This document shows positions 51,877 to 62,640 of a DNA stretch of 64,000 nucleotides, one piece after another. A program made the translations under genes and the position numbers. The stretch lies in NCBI GenBank assembly GCA_028284775.1, contig JANQRB010000154.1:39785-103784 (forward strand), given 5' to 3'. The notes under the pieces are model-generated. The model ran no database searches. It was not told the origin of the DNA and worked only from the letters and a program-made list of their open reading frames with translations. The number at the start of each line of letters is the position of its first letter. Position 1 is the stretch's first letter. This stretch comes from Candidatus Kapaibacterium sp. (GTDB taxonomy: Bacteria > Bacteroidota > Ignavibacteria > Kapaibacteriales > UBA7675).

Positions 51877-54267
51877 TTATTTAATTATGACTAATTCTTT
51901 CATATATTCTCGATGAGCATTCACCAGCTTTACCCAGTACTTTCCTGCCTGTAAGCCTGTCGTTGGAATCTGCAGCTCTAACGCGGTACTTGCAGGTATA
52001 CCCTCAAATACCCTTACCACCTCCACGCCCAGAACATTGAATATGGAGACGCGCAGCGTTTCGTTCGGGGCAAGCTTATTGCAGGTGAGCGTAATTGACG
52101 CTTGCGCCGCGGGGTTGGGAAAGAGCGACAGCTCGAGATCTGATTTCAGATCCGATGACTGCTCTACTTCCGTTACGAATCCTTGTAATAGGATCAAGCC
52201 GACCCCGTCGGCAAACCAGAATGAACCGTCGCTGCCTTGTACGACATTGCCGGCAGTGAGCCGTGAGACCCACGAGGGCAATCCAACTCTTTTGAGAGCT
52301 GATCCGTCAAAAGCGGCGATGCCATAGTCGGCGCCTGCAAATAAAATCGAGCCCAGTCGATCCCGGAAGACGGCATGGGCGAATATTTCCCCGCCATCTG
52401 TTGTGCGCAGTTGAGTCCATGATTGTCCATCGAATCGGTAGGCCGCGCTGGGCGCCACCACACTTGATACGATCAGAATCAGACTACCGTCGGTATCGAC
52501 TAATATGTCCTGAGAAAACTTGCGAGCGGGAGCGCGCTCATCGAGAAGGTCAAAAGTTGTCCAGTCATTGCCGTCGAATTTTAACAGACCGCCGAAATAA
52601 TTCGGGTCCGTTTCTGTTCGTTCCTGATGTGCCAGTACCCACACGTTTCCCGACTGATCAATAGCGATTTTACCCACTTGAGAAGTAATGCCGACTTCAT
52701 CGCTATAGCTTATCCATTCATTACCGTCAAAGCGATGCACGGCCGGTTGAAGCAAGGCTGCTTCCGGCACCCATAAAAAGCTGGATACCCAAAGGGTTCC
52801 CGATTCGTCCATTGCCAGGTTGAGATATTCTCGCCGGCTGCCGTAGGTATCGGAAATCGTGAAATCCTGCCAGCTTTCTCCATCGAACAAGTTAATACCA
52901 CCCAATGCACTCGCCCACAACCTGCCCGACTGGTCGAATATTGCGTCACTCAACAGCGAATCATACTCGATGCCGGAGTTGCGGGAATGAAGTTGCCAGT
53001 TCCGTCCGTCAAACTTCCCTATTCCGCTTGTAACGCCGTCATGAGCGGCGGCATTGATGTGATTGCGATGGAGTGCCCAGATATTGCCTTGTTCATCCGC
53101 TGTCAGCTTAGTGAATATATTGCCGAAAGGCGTGTCTTCAACTGTAAACCTCGTTCTTGCTTGATCCCTGATGCGTTCAACCAGGCCGTCGACAATGACC
53201 AGAATCTCACCATTCTCAAACAATACATTGTGACAATTGCCTGTAGGAAAGCCATCGGCCTCGCTATAATAGCGCCAATTGCCCGATTGAAAAGAGTGTA
53301 AACCCCTGTCGGTTGCGGCCCATAGAGTTCCATCATCGGCAAAGACCATCTCATTGATGGAACTGCCTAAGACCAGACCGTCGGCTTTGTTAAACGTCGA
53401 CCACTGCGAGCCGTCCCATCTTCGGATGTCCTTCCAGCCGAGGAGCCAGACATTGCCATCCGCGTCGCTGAGAATCCGTCTGACACTCGATGGCGCGCCG
53501 CTTAGATGATCCAGCCAGGATTGCCAGCGATTGCCGTTAAACATCCCGAGGCCGGTATTGCCGCCGCCGACCCAGACATTGCCCGATCGGTCTATGTGCA
53601 GATTATCGAGCGCCGATACATCGCGGACGATCGGCAGGCCGTCTTCCGTACCGAACAGCTCCCAATCTCCGTTAAGAATCCGCGCCACAACACCACGCCG
53701 AAATTGTTCACGTTCCTTGCCGACCAGCCAGACGCTGCCGTCGCCGGCTACAGCCAGATCGCTGAATTGCGCAGCGGGAAGTACATCGTCACTGTCGAAA
53801 ACCTCCCAGGCCGAATTCCGCCAAACGGCAACGAAGCTGACTTTGCCCGCCTTCCGCTCGCCGAGCACCCAGAGGCTGCCGCTCCGATCGAATGTCATGC
53901 CGACTACGCTTCCTTCGATCGGCTCGCCCTTGTCCGGAATGTCGGCGGCCTGCCACCGCGTGCCGTCATAGCGCGCCAATGGACTGTTGATTGCAGGGCA
54001 CCATATATCGCCATTCGGCGCCTGCCGCAGACGGCCAAACAAAAGAGGCAAGCCATCGGCAATACTTGTTATGGCGGCGCTGCCGTCCGTTTTGTGGAAA
54101 CGAACGATCGAACGCCCTGCAAGTGCAACGATGAATTCGCCATCGCTGACGAAACTGCCGGCCTGATCGAAGTTGAGAAACAACTCCCAGTTTTCACCGG
54201 CAGCTGGCGCAAGTGAACAATTCAAGAGAAGAATGCTGACGATTCCGCACAGCCTGGATCTAAGCAT
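51877..54267 (-). CDS. Secreted beta-propeller protein (two-component regulator propeller-like blades) with T9SS C-terminal domain
   Basis: Many DxxGxxW and FDGxxW repeats; LFPNPA, IFNVLG, AGKYW. Confidence 0.8.
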   Translation of the reverse strand: MLRSRLCGIVSILLLNCSLAPAAGENWELFLNFDQAGSFVSDGEFIVALAGRSIVRFHKTDGSAAITSIADGLPLLFGRLRQAPNGDIWCPAINSPLARYDGTRWQAADIPDKGEPIEGSVVGMTFDRSGSLWVLGERKAGKVSFVAVWRNSAWEVFDSDDVLPAAQFSDLAVAGDGSVWLVGKEREQFRRGVVARILNGDWELFGTEDGLPIVRDVSALDNLHIDRSGNVWVGGGNTGLGMFNGNRWQSWLDHLSGAPSSVRRILSDADGNVWLLGWKDIRRWDGSQWSTFNKADGLVLGSSINEMVFADDGTLWAATDRGLHSFQSGNWRYYSEADGFPTGNCHNVLFENGEILVIVDGLVERIRDQARTRFTVEDTPFGNIFTKLTADEQGNIWALHRNHINAAAHDGVTSGIGKFDGRNWQLHSRNSGIEYDSLLSDAIFDQSGRLWASALGGINLFDGESWQDFTISDTYGSRREYLNLAMDESGTLWVSSFLWVPEAALLQPAVHRFDGNEWISYSDEVGITSQVGKIAIDQSGNVWVLAHQERTETDPNYFGGLLKFDGNDWTTFDLLDERAPARKFSQDILVDTDGSLILIVSSVVAPSAAYRFDGQSWTQLRTTDGGEIFAHAVFRDRLGSILFAGADYGIAAFDGSALKRVGLPSWVSRLTAGNVVQGSDGSFWFADGVGLILLQGFVTEVEQSSDLKSDLELSLFPNPAAQASITLTCNKLAPNETLRVSIFNVLGVEVVRVFEGIPASTALELQIPTTGLQAGKYWVKLVNAHREYMKELVIIK

Positions 54268-54275
54268 AAGGACTC

Positions 54276-55037
54276 CTAGTGAGGATCACAGCCGTGATCA
54301 CATGGATAACCGACAAACTGAGGCTCATTCTGCAGTGAGCATTCGCCATCCTGTATGATTTGCACATTCGTAATGACAAGCTGCTTCTGATTGACCACTC
54401 CGCCGGCAGGAAACGATTGAACTCGGTAGCAGGCTTCGTAGGTTCTTTTGCAACAGGTGCGGCCGCAGCTGTGCCACGTATACGTGTTGACGGTCGGCGG
54501 CGTGCCCGGGGCCGGCAGAGGCGGCACGCACTCGGCTTCCTGGCCATCGGTTCCCCAGGTGCAGCGCTGCCATTTCCAGCAATTGGCTGAATAGAACTGC
54601 ACCATCGTGCGGTTATTCGTTCCCTGTCCATTGCACTCCTGCAGCGGGGGAGGAATCGGGGGATTGGCAAAGCTAAAGCCGTTGGTAAGATGATCCTGGA
54701 TAATCTGAAGTTGAGCCAACTCCATTAATGTCGACAGGGACCAGCCGTTCTCATTTAAGGTTGACAGAATGTCGCAGGGGCCGCCCGTGGTATTCGGCGT
54801 CAGTGAATGCATGATATACTGAAAGCTGCCGTCGGAGCATTCTCTGACGGTGAAATCCGCAATGAAGCTACAATAAGGCACATCCAGCGCCCATCCGTAG
54901 GTGGTTCGATACTCGTTGACAATAACGCAGCCGCCGTTATTTTCGGGGCAGCCGTCATCCGCTGTCTGTGAATAGAGGAACGCTGCGGGCAATGCTACGA
55001 GAGCACACACAATTAGAGCTTGCAGAAATAACTTCAT
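54276..55037 (-). CDS. Secreted cysteine-rich hypothetical protein
   Basis: GGAGG RBS, signal peptide, 16 Cys in the mature part. Confidence 0.75.
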   Translation of the reverse strand: MKLFLQALIVCALVALPAAFLYSQTADDGCPENNGGCVIVNEYRTTYGWALDVPYCSFIADFTVRECSDGSFQYIMHSLTPNTTGGPCDILSTLNENGWSLSTLMELAQLQIIQDHLTNGFSFANPPIPPPLQECNGQGTNNRTMVQFYSANCWKWQRCTWGTDGQEAECVPPLPAPGTPPTVNTYTWHSCGRTCCKRTYEACYRVQSFPAGGVVNQKQLVITNVQIIQDGECSLQNEPQFVGYPCDHGCDPH

Positions 55038-55152
55038 TAAAGCCTCCAATGATTAAGAAATATACTGAAAACATTGAACTAATAACAGTACACGCGCCGC
55101 GCAATGAAAATTGCGTTTTGTTTACATGTCAACACAGAGTTTGCGACTGCAT

Positions 55153-55872
55153 TTATTTCGTGCTGGCAATGATGCCAACCTTCATTTCCGGTATGTATTT
55201 GCTGCTTGATTTGATTACCACATTCCCGTGCCGTAGGCCGGCCTGTGTGGCAATGATAAGCGCATTGACTTCGAGTGATTCTCCCGGAAGCAAAATCTCC
55301 TTATCGTGCATCGTCGAAAAGTCACCGATGAATCCGTCCATTTTCAATATTGGTTTCTGAACGATAACAGTGTCCTTGCCGGTATTTCTTAATACTACAG
55401 ATGCTTCGCGTGGAATGTGTAAAGGCATGCCCATGAGTGCCGGAAAGCTGCGCGGCTGCACAACAAGGTCACGTTGTACATCGGCGAGAAATCGAAAAAT
55501 AAATGTCGAGTCTTCTTTTAAATTAGTCTCAACTGTTACTTTTTGAGCTGTTTTGCCCATTTTCTTGCTGGCGTCCAATTCCACAATCAGCGTGGCAGTG
55601 TCGCCCGGCGCTACTAAGTCTCTGTCTATGGGAGCCGTCGTGCAGCCGCATGAAGTCGTCACGCTTTCAACAATCAGGGTGTCCGAATGATTGTTCACGA
55701 AACGAACGGTAGAATGCAGTAACACCGGCGAGACCCGGCCAAAATCAACTAGCTGGCCATCGGGGAAACCGACTTTCGACCGAGCCGCTTCGCTGTTGGC
55801 CAGGGATATTGAACTCAGGGAAAGGCAATACGCTATAAGCACACAGATACATACGTATTTGTTTGTTTTCAT
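55153..55872 (-). CDS. DUF1573-domain protein
   Basis: DFG..N...V.TSCGCT...PG motif; a second Ig-like half. Confidence 0.8.
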   Translation of the reverse strand: MKTNKYVCICVLIAYCLSLSSISLANSEAARSKVGFPDGQLVDFGRVSPVLLHSTVRFVNNHSDTLIVESVTTSCGCTTAPIDRDLVAPGDTATLIVELDASKKMGKTAQKVTVETNLKEDSTFIFRFLADVQRDLVVQPRSFPALMGMPLHIPREASVVLRNTGKDTVIVQKPILKMDGFIGDFSTMHDKEILLPGESLEVNALIIATQAGLRHGNVVIKSSSKYIPEMKVGIIASTK

Positions 55873-56961
55873 GACGATGCAGGTTTTACGTGATCAGGAC
55901 TGTTTGTTTAAACGTCTTCCCGAAGGTCGCATCCAGGCCGTATTAGTCAAGAATCAGGGCCGGTGTGCAAGCGATTACACAGTACGCGCATTGCATGTAT
56001 CGATTAACACACGAGCACACGGAACATGTTAAGAGTGAAATTCTGTGCAATAGATGCTGCCAGCCAATCACTCCTGTCAATCATTAACCCCGACTTAAGG
56101 GTACGAAGTGTTACAGTGTTGTCCTGGATGCTGTAACCAGCGACAATTCGTTAATGTGATCCTACAATTCTTGAAATCATGAGAGATATTGATCGCCTAT
56201 GCGATATGCAACCTGTCTCTTGTTGATAAAAACAGTCTGGCAGCCTTAACAAGTTACACTTAAGGTAAGGAAAGTAGATGGGTAAGATGGTAGTATGTGT
56301 ACTTGTCAGGATGTCAAAGAATTGATGCCATGTTTGGGTATATCAGGGCGGTGTGTGAAACTAAATTATTTGGCTAAGAAAGTCAAGCAAAATTTGGACA
56401 AGAACGTAATTCTGTGAGAAAAATGTTTAGTCTGAATTGCGGCTGAGAATTCCGACCGGCTGTTAACAAACCGACGCGCATAGGCTGACCGCACTAATTT
56501 CAGAAGCGATGCAGAAATCATATACTCGACTGCATTCTACTGGAACAATTCCACTGGCTCGGGCTTAGTGCCAATGATATGCCTGCCGAGCAATTCTTTC
56601 AATCAGTTGAATCGCATTTCAATCAACTGTCATCGGCGGCGCAGAGCCTGCTCCCGTCCCGCCGGTCGCAAGCAGGAAAGCAGGCAAGAATCGATGTCCT
56701 TCGCGCCGGCAATCTGCGCGGTCATCAAGACGCAGCGTCTAGGTGACTCGGCAGAGCTGTCAGTCAGTGAATCAGCACAGAGAGCGCAGCGCCTATTTCG
56801 TGCCGATCAAGAAATCGATACCGAAACCTGCTCGGCCTCGGCAAGCGGAGCGGAAGAGCTCAGGACCGGCGGATCGTTTGAAGCGTTGTCAACAGCATTG
56901 TTATACAATGGTGAAATTCCGTCACCGGAAGGATCGTCACGCTGTTCCTGGTGGGATAAGC

Positions 56962-57450
56962 TTAGTCCGACCGGTCGTGCTCCGAAAGTGCATCAGGGCC
57001 GACGAGCTGCGCGTACGCGGGAATCTCCGGCAAAAAACTGTAGCTGCGTTTGACGAAGTCGATTTGGGCGCAGTAATGTTCGAGTCCATTGCTGACAAGC
57101 AAAAATCCGGCTTGCAGGGCGGAATTATACATCGCGATCTGATCGAAGGTCGCCTGCCGGATCGCCACACTTGGCGCTTTGCACTCCACAATTGCGACAG
57201 CCCGCAAATTGCGCGAGTAGATGACGGCGTCACAACGGCGCGACCTGCCATGCGCACTGATGCTCTGTTCGATTTTCGTGCGTCCGGCGGGGAACTGACG
57301 CTCGCGAATCAAAAACTGCAGAAAATTCTGGCGCACCCATTCTTCGGGCGTCGCAGCAACGAATTTGCGCCGAATCGGATCGAATATTTTAAGGCTGTCG
57401 TCAATTACCTGCAGGCGAAAGTCATAGTGCGGTAGATTGAGCTGTGGCAT
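56962..57450 (-). CDS. Stand-alone type I restriction HsdR N-terminal domain protein
   Basis: IFDPIRRKFV..TPEEWVRQ, RCD, VECKAP, QIAMYN, SNG. Confidence 0.87.
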   Translation of the reverse strand: MPQLNLPHYDFRLQVIDDSLKIFDPIRRKFVAATPEEWVRQNFLQFLIRERQFPAGRTKIEQSISAHGRSRRCDAVIYSRNLRAVAIVECKAPSVAIRQATFDQIAMYNSALQAGFLLVSNGLEHYCAQIDFVKRSYSFLPEIPAYAQLVGPDALSEHDRSD

Positions 57451-57745
57451 GGAGTTGTTCATGGTCGCCGGCGGAAAATATGTCATCAGAAAAGATTACA
57501 ACGTAGAGGCGCGCTGTCTTTGGCTGCCGCTGCCGTCCGCATGACACACCGCCGGCTGTATGCCGGACAGTGGAGCGACGGCAAACTACGAAAATCGATC
57601 CAGAGCGCGCCGACATTGCCGGCAGCTTTTTTAGGTGAATCCCTCGGCCGGATTCTGCCGTAGGATGCCTCCGGCGAAATTGCTACAATCGTCCTTGATG
57701 GAATTTCGTTACTATGCAGGTTATCAACCAACCGGACAGGAGTTT

Positions 57746-59026
57746 ATGAAGATTCGCAAGCGATTCGAGCGGAATAGCCGTTGGATTCTCTCAGGATTTG
57801 CCTTTGTGTTCGGGCTGATCATGTTGGCGCCGCTCGAAGGCTGTCAGGCCGAAAACAGCACACCCGATCCACACTCGTCTTCCGCGGACGAACGAGCGAG
57901 CGCCACTGCCTCGCACGAACCGGATCCCAGCGACAGTGAAGTGTTGGCGATGTTGGAGCCTGAGCCGCCGACGGCACCTGACGAGGGCAGTATCGACGTG
58001 TCGCGACGTAACGCCATTACCAGGGCCGTGGAGCGCTGTAGCGCCGCTATCGTCGGCATTAACGTCACCGAGGTGCGGCGCTACCGGGTGCGGGATCCCT
58101 GGATGGATTTCTTCTTTGGTCCGCGCGGCGGCGGTCGCGTCTACGAAGAAGAAATCGAGGGCCTGGGATCGGGCTTTCTCATATCATCGGACGGCTATAT
58201 CCTTACCAATGAACATGTGACAGGCGGCGCTTCGAAGATCATCGTGACACTGACGAGCGGGCAGCAACACACGGCCAGGCTGGTGGGAGCGGATGCGGTG
58301 AGCGACGTCTCTCTGCTCAAGATCGAAGAAGGGGGGAATTTCGACTACCTGGAAATGGCTGATTCGGAAGACCTGATAATTGGCGAGTGGGCAATTGCTT
58401 TCGGCAATCCTTTCGGTCTATTCAGCATCAACGCCAAGCCGACTGTCACCGTTGGCGTCATTTCCAATATTGGCGTCAACTTCATGCAGGAAGAAAAAGT
58501 ATACCGGGGAATGATTCAGACAGATGCCGCCATCAGTTCGGGCAACTCCGGCGGTCCGCTTGTCAATTCGATGGGCAAAGTGATAGGAATGAATGCCGCT
58601 ATCTTTTCGACGGCGCAGACTAATCAGGGCGCCGGCAGTATCGGTATCGGCTTCGCGATTCCCGTTAACCGCGTCAGGAGCATCGTCGAGCACCTGAAAC
58701 GCGATGGCAAGATCAATCGCGAATACATTGTCGGACTTAACGTTAAAGGTGTCGACGCGCGTGTTGCGAAGGCCCTGGGCCTTGACCGTGAACGCGGAGT
58801 GTATATCAGTGAAATCTATCGTAATTCGCCCGCTGAAGATGCCGGACTCGAACCGGGCGATATTATCCTTGCCATTGACAATGAACGTATATTGCGTCCT
58901 CAGGATGTTCAGGTGCTATTGAGTGACGGTATCGCCGGTGAAACGATCGAAGTTAAAATCAGACGCGAAGACGAGACCTATCTTAAGCAGCTAGAATTGC
59001 GTCCGGCTGCCCAGCGCCGACGTTAA
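57746..59026 (+). CDS. HtrA/DegS-like trypsin protease with one PDZ domain
   Basis: GSGFLI, TNEHV, QTDAAISSGNSGGPL, GIGFAIP, SPAEDAGL. Confidence 0.93.
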   Translation: MKIRKRFERNSRWILSGFAFVFGLIMLAPLEGCQAENSTPDPHSSSADERASATASHEPDPSDSEVLAMLEPEPPTAPDEGSIDVSRRNAITRAVERCSAAIVGINVTEVRRYRVRDPWMDFFFGPRGGGRVYEEEIEGLGSGFLISSDGYILTNEHVTGGASKIIVTLTSGQQHTARLVGADAVSDVSLLKIEEGGNFDYLEMADSEDLIIGEWAIAFGNPFGLFSINAKPTVTVGVISNIGVNFMQEEKVYRGMIQTDAAISSGNSGGPLVNSMGKVIGMNAAIFSTAQTNQGAGSIGIGFAIPVNRVRSIVEHLKRDGKINREYIVGLNVKGVDARVAKALGLDRERGVYISEIYRNSPAEDAGLEPGDIILAIDNERILRPQDVQVLLSDGIAGETIEVKIRREDETYLKQLELRPAAQRRR

Positions 59027-59108
59027 TCAGTTAATAATGACCGGTTCATTCATTGTAGCTCGGACCTAGGATAGTTCGATCGGAGAGTCGAGAAAGAGGA
59101 GTTAATCA

Positions 59109-59897
59109 ATGCCGACAGCAGTTGAACAGAACGGACAGATCGTCGAGCCGCAGTCTCAGCCCGGCAACCACGTCCTGCGCGCCGAACAACTGGTTAAAAT
59201 CTACAAAAAGCGCAAGGTTGTTAAGGAAGTCTCACTCGAAGTGCGGCAGGGTGAGATTGTCGGGCTCCTTGGTCCCAACGGTGCGGGCAAGACAACATCG
59301 TTTTATATGATCGTGGGCATTGTACGACCTGACGGCGGACGAGTCTATTTCGACGACAGGGATATTACGCGCCAGGCGATGTACAAGCGCGCGCGACTGG
59401 GACTCGGCTATTTACCGCAGGAAGCGTCGGTGTTCCGTAAGCTGAGCGTCGAAGACAATATTCGGGCGATTTTACAACTGCAGAAAATGAAGGCCCGGCG
59501 GCGCAAAGAACGGCTGGAAGAGCTGCTGGAAGATTTTTCCATTACGCATATTCGCAAAAGCAAGGGTTATATGTTGTCCGGCGGTGAGCGGCGGCGTTGC
59601 GAGATCGCCCGTGCGCTGGCCGCCAACCCCGGCTTTGTTCTTCTCGATGAGCCCTTCGCCGGCATAGATCCGATAGCCGTTGAAGAAATTATGACGATTG
59701 TGCGGAAGCTCAGTCAACGCGGCTTGGGTATTCTGATAACCGATCACAATGTTCACGAAACTCTTTCGATCACCGATCGCGCTTACATTCTGATCGACGG
59801 CGCCGTGTTTTGCTCCGGCACGGCGGAAGAGCTCGCCGCCAACCCGGAAGTACGCAAACGCTACCTCGGCGAAACCTTTCAACTGTACCGCTTTTAA
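59109..59897 (+). CDS. lptB: LPS export ABC transporter ATP-binding protein
   Basis: [43 protein letters not shown]. Confidence 0.95.
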   Translation: MPTAVEQNGQIVEPQSQPGNHVLRAEQLVKIYKKRKVVKEVSLEVRQGEIVGLLGPNGAGKTTSFYMIVGIVRPDGGRVYFDDRDITRQAMYKRARLGLGYLPQEASVFRKLSVEDNIRAILQLQKMKARRRKERLEELLEDFSITHIRKSKGYMLSGGERRRCEIARALAANPGFVLLDEPFAGIDPIAVEEIMTIVRKLSQRGLGILITDHNVHETLSITDRAYILIDGAVFCSGTAEELAANPEVRKRYLGETFQLYRF

Positions 59898-59995
59898 GGC
59901 TGACCCGCAGTGTTCAGCTGGTTTGAATGCATCGCAGCGTCCACCGTATGTGCCTGCCGGTTGTTGTCGGAACCCAATTGACACGAGATGCCTGA

Positions 59996-60151
59996 CTAGT
60001 ACTTTTTCAAATTAGTTTGTTTCAAATCCTCCTCTTTGTGAAAGAGGGGCCAGGGGAGTTCGAATAGTCTAGAAATCATAACTCCTCCTAACCTCCCCTT
60101 AGCTTAAGGGGAGGGAAATAGATGCAAGAAACTAATTTGAAAGAGCGCTAG
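59996..60151. mobile_element. MITE-like element with CTAG ends and terminal inverted repeats
   Basis: CTAGTACTTTTTCAAATTAGTT ... AACTAATTTGAAAGAGCGCTAG; internal hairpins CCTCTTT/AAAGAGG and CCTCCCCTT/AAGGGGAGG. Confidence 0.7.
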
Positions 60152-62607
60152 CCTTGTGCTTCTGCAATTTTACGCAGACTCTCGGCGAGACCCTCTTCGA
60201 TCGTCGACCGCGGAATTTCCACATCGAAGGCAGTTTGCGGAATGCCCTGTCTGTTGTCGAGGCGCAGCAGAGCCTCCCGAAAGGCCTGTACCGCTTCGTT
60301 ATGGCGCTGCAGATGAAAGAGAGCATAGGCCCGCAGATTCATGGCGCAGACCTGGACGGGCGCCTGTTCCAGACTGAAATCCGCCCAGCGCAGGGCCGAG
60401 GCGAAGTCGCGTTTACTGCCGGCGATCTGGGCCAGTGAGGCGGCACAGGATGCAGCCAGGTGCTGCGGCAGCGAACCCAATTGCATCGCGAATGCCAGTG
60501 CCTGTTCGGCCTGATCGCGCAAGCTCATCAGCGCAAGCGTCTGGCCCAGTTGAAACCAGGCATAGGGATTTTCCGGCTCTTCCTTTACGTGCTGAAGCAG
60601 CAAACGGTAATTGCGTTTGATTTTCTGTTGCATCGTGTCGTGGCTGCTGTCATATCCCAGGTGATGAATCCGAATATCCGACCGGTCGATGCCTTTGCCC
60701 AGATCCAGGATGGAGGGCGAAATCTGTTCGTGAACACGTCCGCGGAATTCGATTTGGGGGTAACCGTAGTTGCGGAATACGCGGGGATAGCCGCCGGTAT
60801 GTGTTTTGCGGGAGCCGTCGAGCTGCCGGTGGGGGCTGACGATCGCGCAGACGTAAGCGCCGATGGTGTCGGGTGCATTGCGCAGCAGAGATTTGATATA
60901 GGCTGCCTGCGCTGGTTCGAGGCGTTCGTCTGCGTCAAGGTAGGCTATCCATTCGCCGCGGCATTGTTGCAAGGCCGCATTTCGGGCGGCCGCAAAGTCA
61001 TCCTTCCATTCCGTTTGGATAATGCGCGCACCGGCTTCACGGGCAATCGCAATCGTTCGATCACGCGAACCGGTATCATTGATGACGATCTCATCAACAA
61101 TATCCTGAACACTTGTCAGGCAGTCCGGCAAGTAATGTTCCTCATTCTTAACGATCATACACAGCGAAAGAAGTGGTCGCTTCCCTCTTGTGCCGGCTGA
61201 CGGAGATTGTCCGATCTTCGTCAAGGTCGGGAGGTCGAAACCCTGCCGGCGATCATGATCTATCGGTTCGGCCGGCGGCGCGGCCTTGAAGGAAGCCGTC
61301 CGCGCAGGCGATGTGTCGGAGGGTGCCGGCTTCTGATATTTTGCGGGATCCATGTCAGTCCCTTGTTGCGAATTATTCTGTGAATTGGGCGAGTAGCTGC
61401 GCTCGACCTGCGCGAGATAGTCGCGCAGCTCCTGCCGCTCCGGCGCCAAACGGATCGCTTCATTCAGGAGCTGCCGGGCTGTGGCGTGATCGCCGTTCTT
61501 TAGTGCAAGATCGGCGATGCCTACCCGGCAGCCAATGTCGTCGGGATTTGCAGCAAGGCCGTCCTGAAATTCCCGGCCTGCTTCATTATAGCGTCCCAGG
61601 GCGGTCAGACTGCGTCCCAGCCGGAAGCGTACCTGTTCGTGCGGCAGGCGGTAGTCGCCGGCGAGGGCTGCCACGAGGTCCGGCCGACGGCGGGCCTCTT
61701 CCATTGACCGATAATGCCGCAGTCCATCGCTGTGACGACCCAGCTCCGTGAAGCATTCGCCGAGAATGTAATGCGCGAAAACCTGCGCGTGGCAGACTAC
61801 GAGCGAATCCTGCGCAAGCTCGACTGCCTGGGCGTGGTCACCGGCCTGAAAGCGAATGGTCGCGGCGAAGTTAAGTGCCTGCATGCGCACGCTCTCGCTG
61901 CTGTCGTCGAGCCCGAGCGCATGCTCGAAGTCGATGGCCGCGTCGGCGGCCCGGCCCATGCCGAAGAGCGTTTTGCCGCGTTGCATGAGCAAATAGCCGT
62001 CGTTCGGATTCCGCGCAAGCACCTCGTTCAATATGTTGAGATTGCGCTGCAGCTTCGCGGCCATTGACGACGAGGACAGCCCATAGCCCAGATGAATGAG
62101 GCGCGCCGAGCAGCTCTCTACCTGGTAGCCGGCCGCCGCAACGGCATCGAAGACCTGCTCGTGAATCGCGCCATGGAAACGAATAGCAGGCGATTTGCGA
62201 AAGACGCGCAGCAAGTAGTTGACGAAGGTATCGCGACTGCCGTCGCTGCGCACGGCCTCCGAAACCAATTCCAGCATGAACCCGCCAACCTGAGGCGGAG
62301 CTGTGCTCAGAGCGCTTCGCAACTCATTGCCGTCCTGCAGTCGTTCATCGGCATCGATGCTGAGAATCCATGCGCCGCGGGCAGCCTCGATGCTGGCGTT
62401 GCGCGCGGCCGCGAAATCGTTTTTCCAGGGTACTTCCCGCAGAATACAGCCGAATTCCCTTGCGATGGTCCGGGTCGCATCGTCCGAGCCGGTATCCACA
62501 ATTACAATTTCATCGGCAATGTCGGCTACCGAACGCAAACAGTCCGGCAGCATCGCCGCTTCGTTCTTAACTATCATGCAGACTGACAATAGGGGAGAGG
62601 ATGCCAT
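60148..62607 (-). CDS. Tandem GT2-TPR-GT2-TPR glycosyltransferase
   Basis: Two copies of CMIVKNE, DTGS.D, DFAAARN, DADE, HEQ, H.GY, each followed by TPRs. Confidence 0.9.
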   Translation of the reverse strand: MASSPLLSVCMIVKNEAAMLPDCLRSVADIADEIVIVDTGSDDATRTIAREFGCILREVPWKNDFAAARNASIEAARGAWILSIDADERLQDGNELRSALSTAPPQVGGFMLELVSEAVRSDGSRDTFVNYLLRVFRKSPAIRFHGAIHEQVFDAVAAAGYQVESCSARLIHLGYGLSSSSMAAKLQRNLNILNEVLARNPNDGYLLMQRGKTLFGMGRAADAAIDFEHALGLDDSSESVRMQALNFAATIRFQAGDHAQAVELAQDSLVVCHAQVFAHYILGECFTELGRHSDGLRHYRSMEEARRRPDLVAALAGDYRLPHEQVRFRLGRSLTALGRYNEAGREFQDGLAANPDDIGCRVGIADLALKNGDHATARQLLNEAIRLAPERQELRDYLAQVERSYSPNSQNNSQQGTDMDPAKYQKPAPSDTSPARTASFKAAPPAEPIDHDRRQGFDLPTLTKIGQSPSAGTRGKRPLLSLCMIVKNEEHYLPDCLTSVQDIVDEIVINDTGSRDRTIAIAREAGARIIQTEWKDDFAAARNAALQQCRGEWIAYLDADERLEPAQAAYIKSLLRNAPDTIGAYVCAIVSPHRQLDGSRKTHTGGYPRVFRNYGYPQIEFRGRVHEQISPSILDLGKGIDRSDIRIHHLGYDSSHDTMQQKIKRNYRLLLQHVKEEPENPYAWFQLGQTLALMSLRDQAEQALAFAMQLGSLPQHLAASCAASLAQIAGSKRDFASALRWADFSLEQAPVQVCAMNLRAYALFHLQRHNEAVQAFREALLRLDNRQGIPQTAFDVEIPRSTIEEGLAESLRKIAEAQG

Positions 62608-62640
62608 AAATCGCGGCCTGTGGTCGTAGTGTAGATGAAC

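Noticed and set aside
56400..56960. SRP RNA, RNase P RNA, or ORFs 56568-57053 and 56743-57435
   Set aside because: No diagnostic RNA motifs found; the ORFs lack recognisable features and overlap a real gene on the opposite strand
56962..57450. Type I restriction-modification system
   Set aside because: Only the short HsdR N-terminal domain is present, with no hsdM, hsdS or helicase; the stand-alone form is common in Bacteroidota
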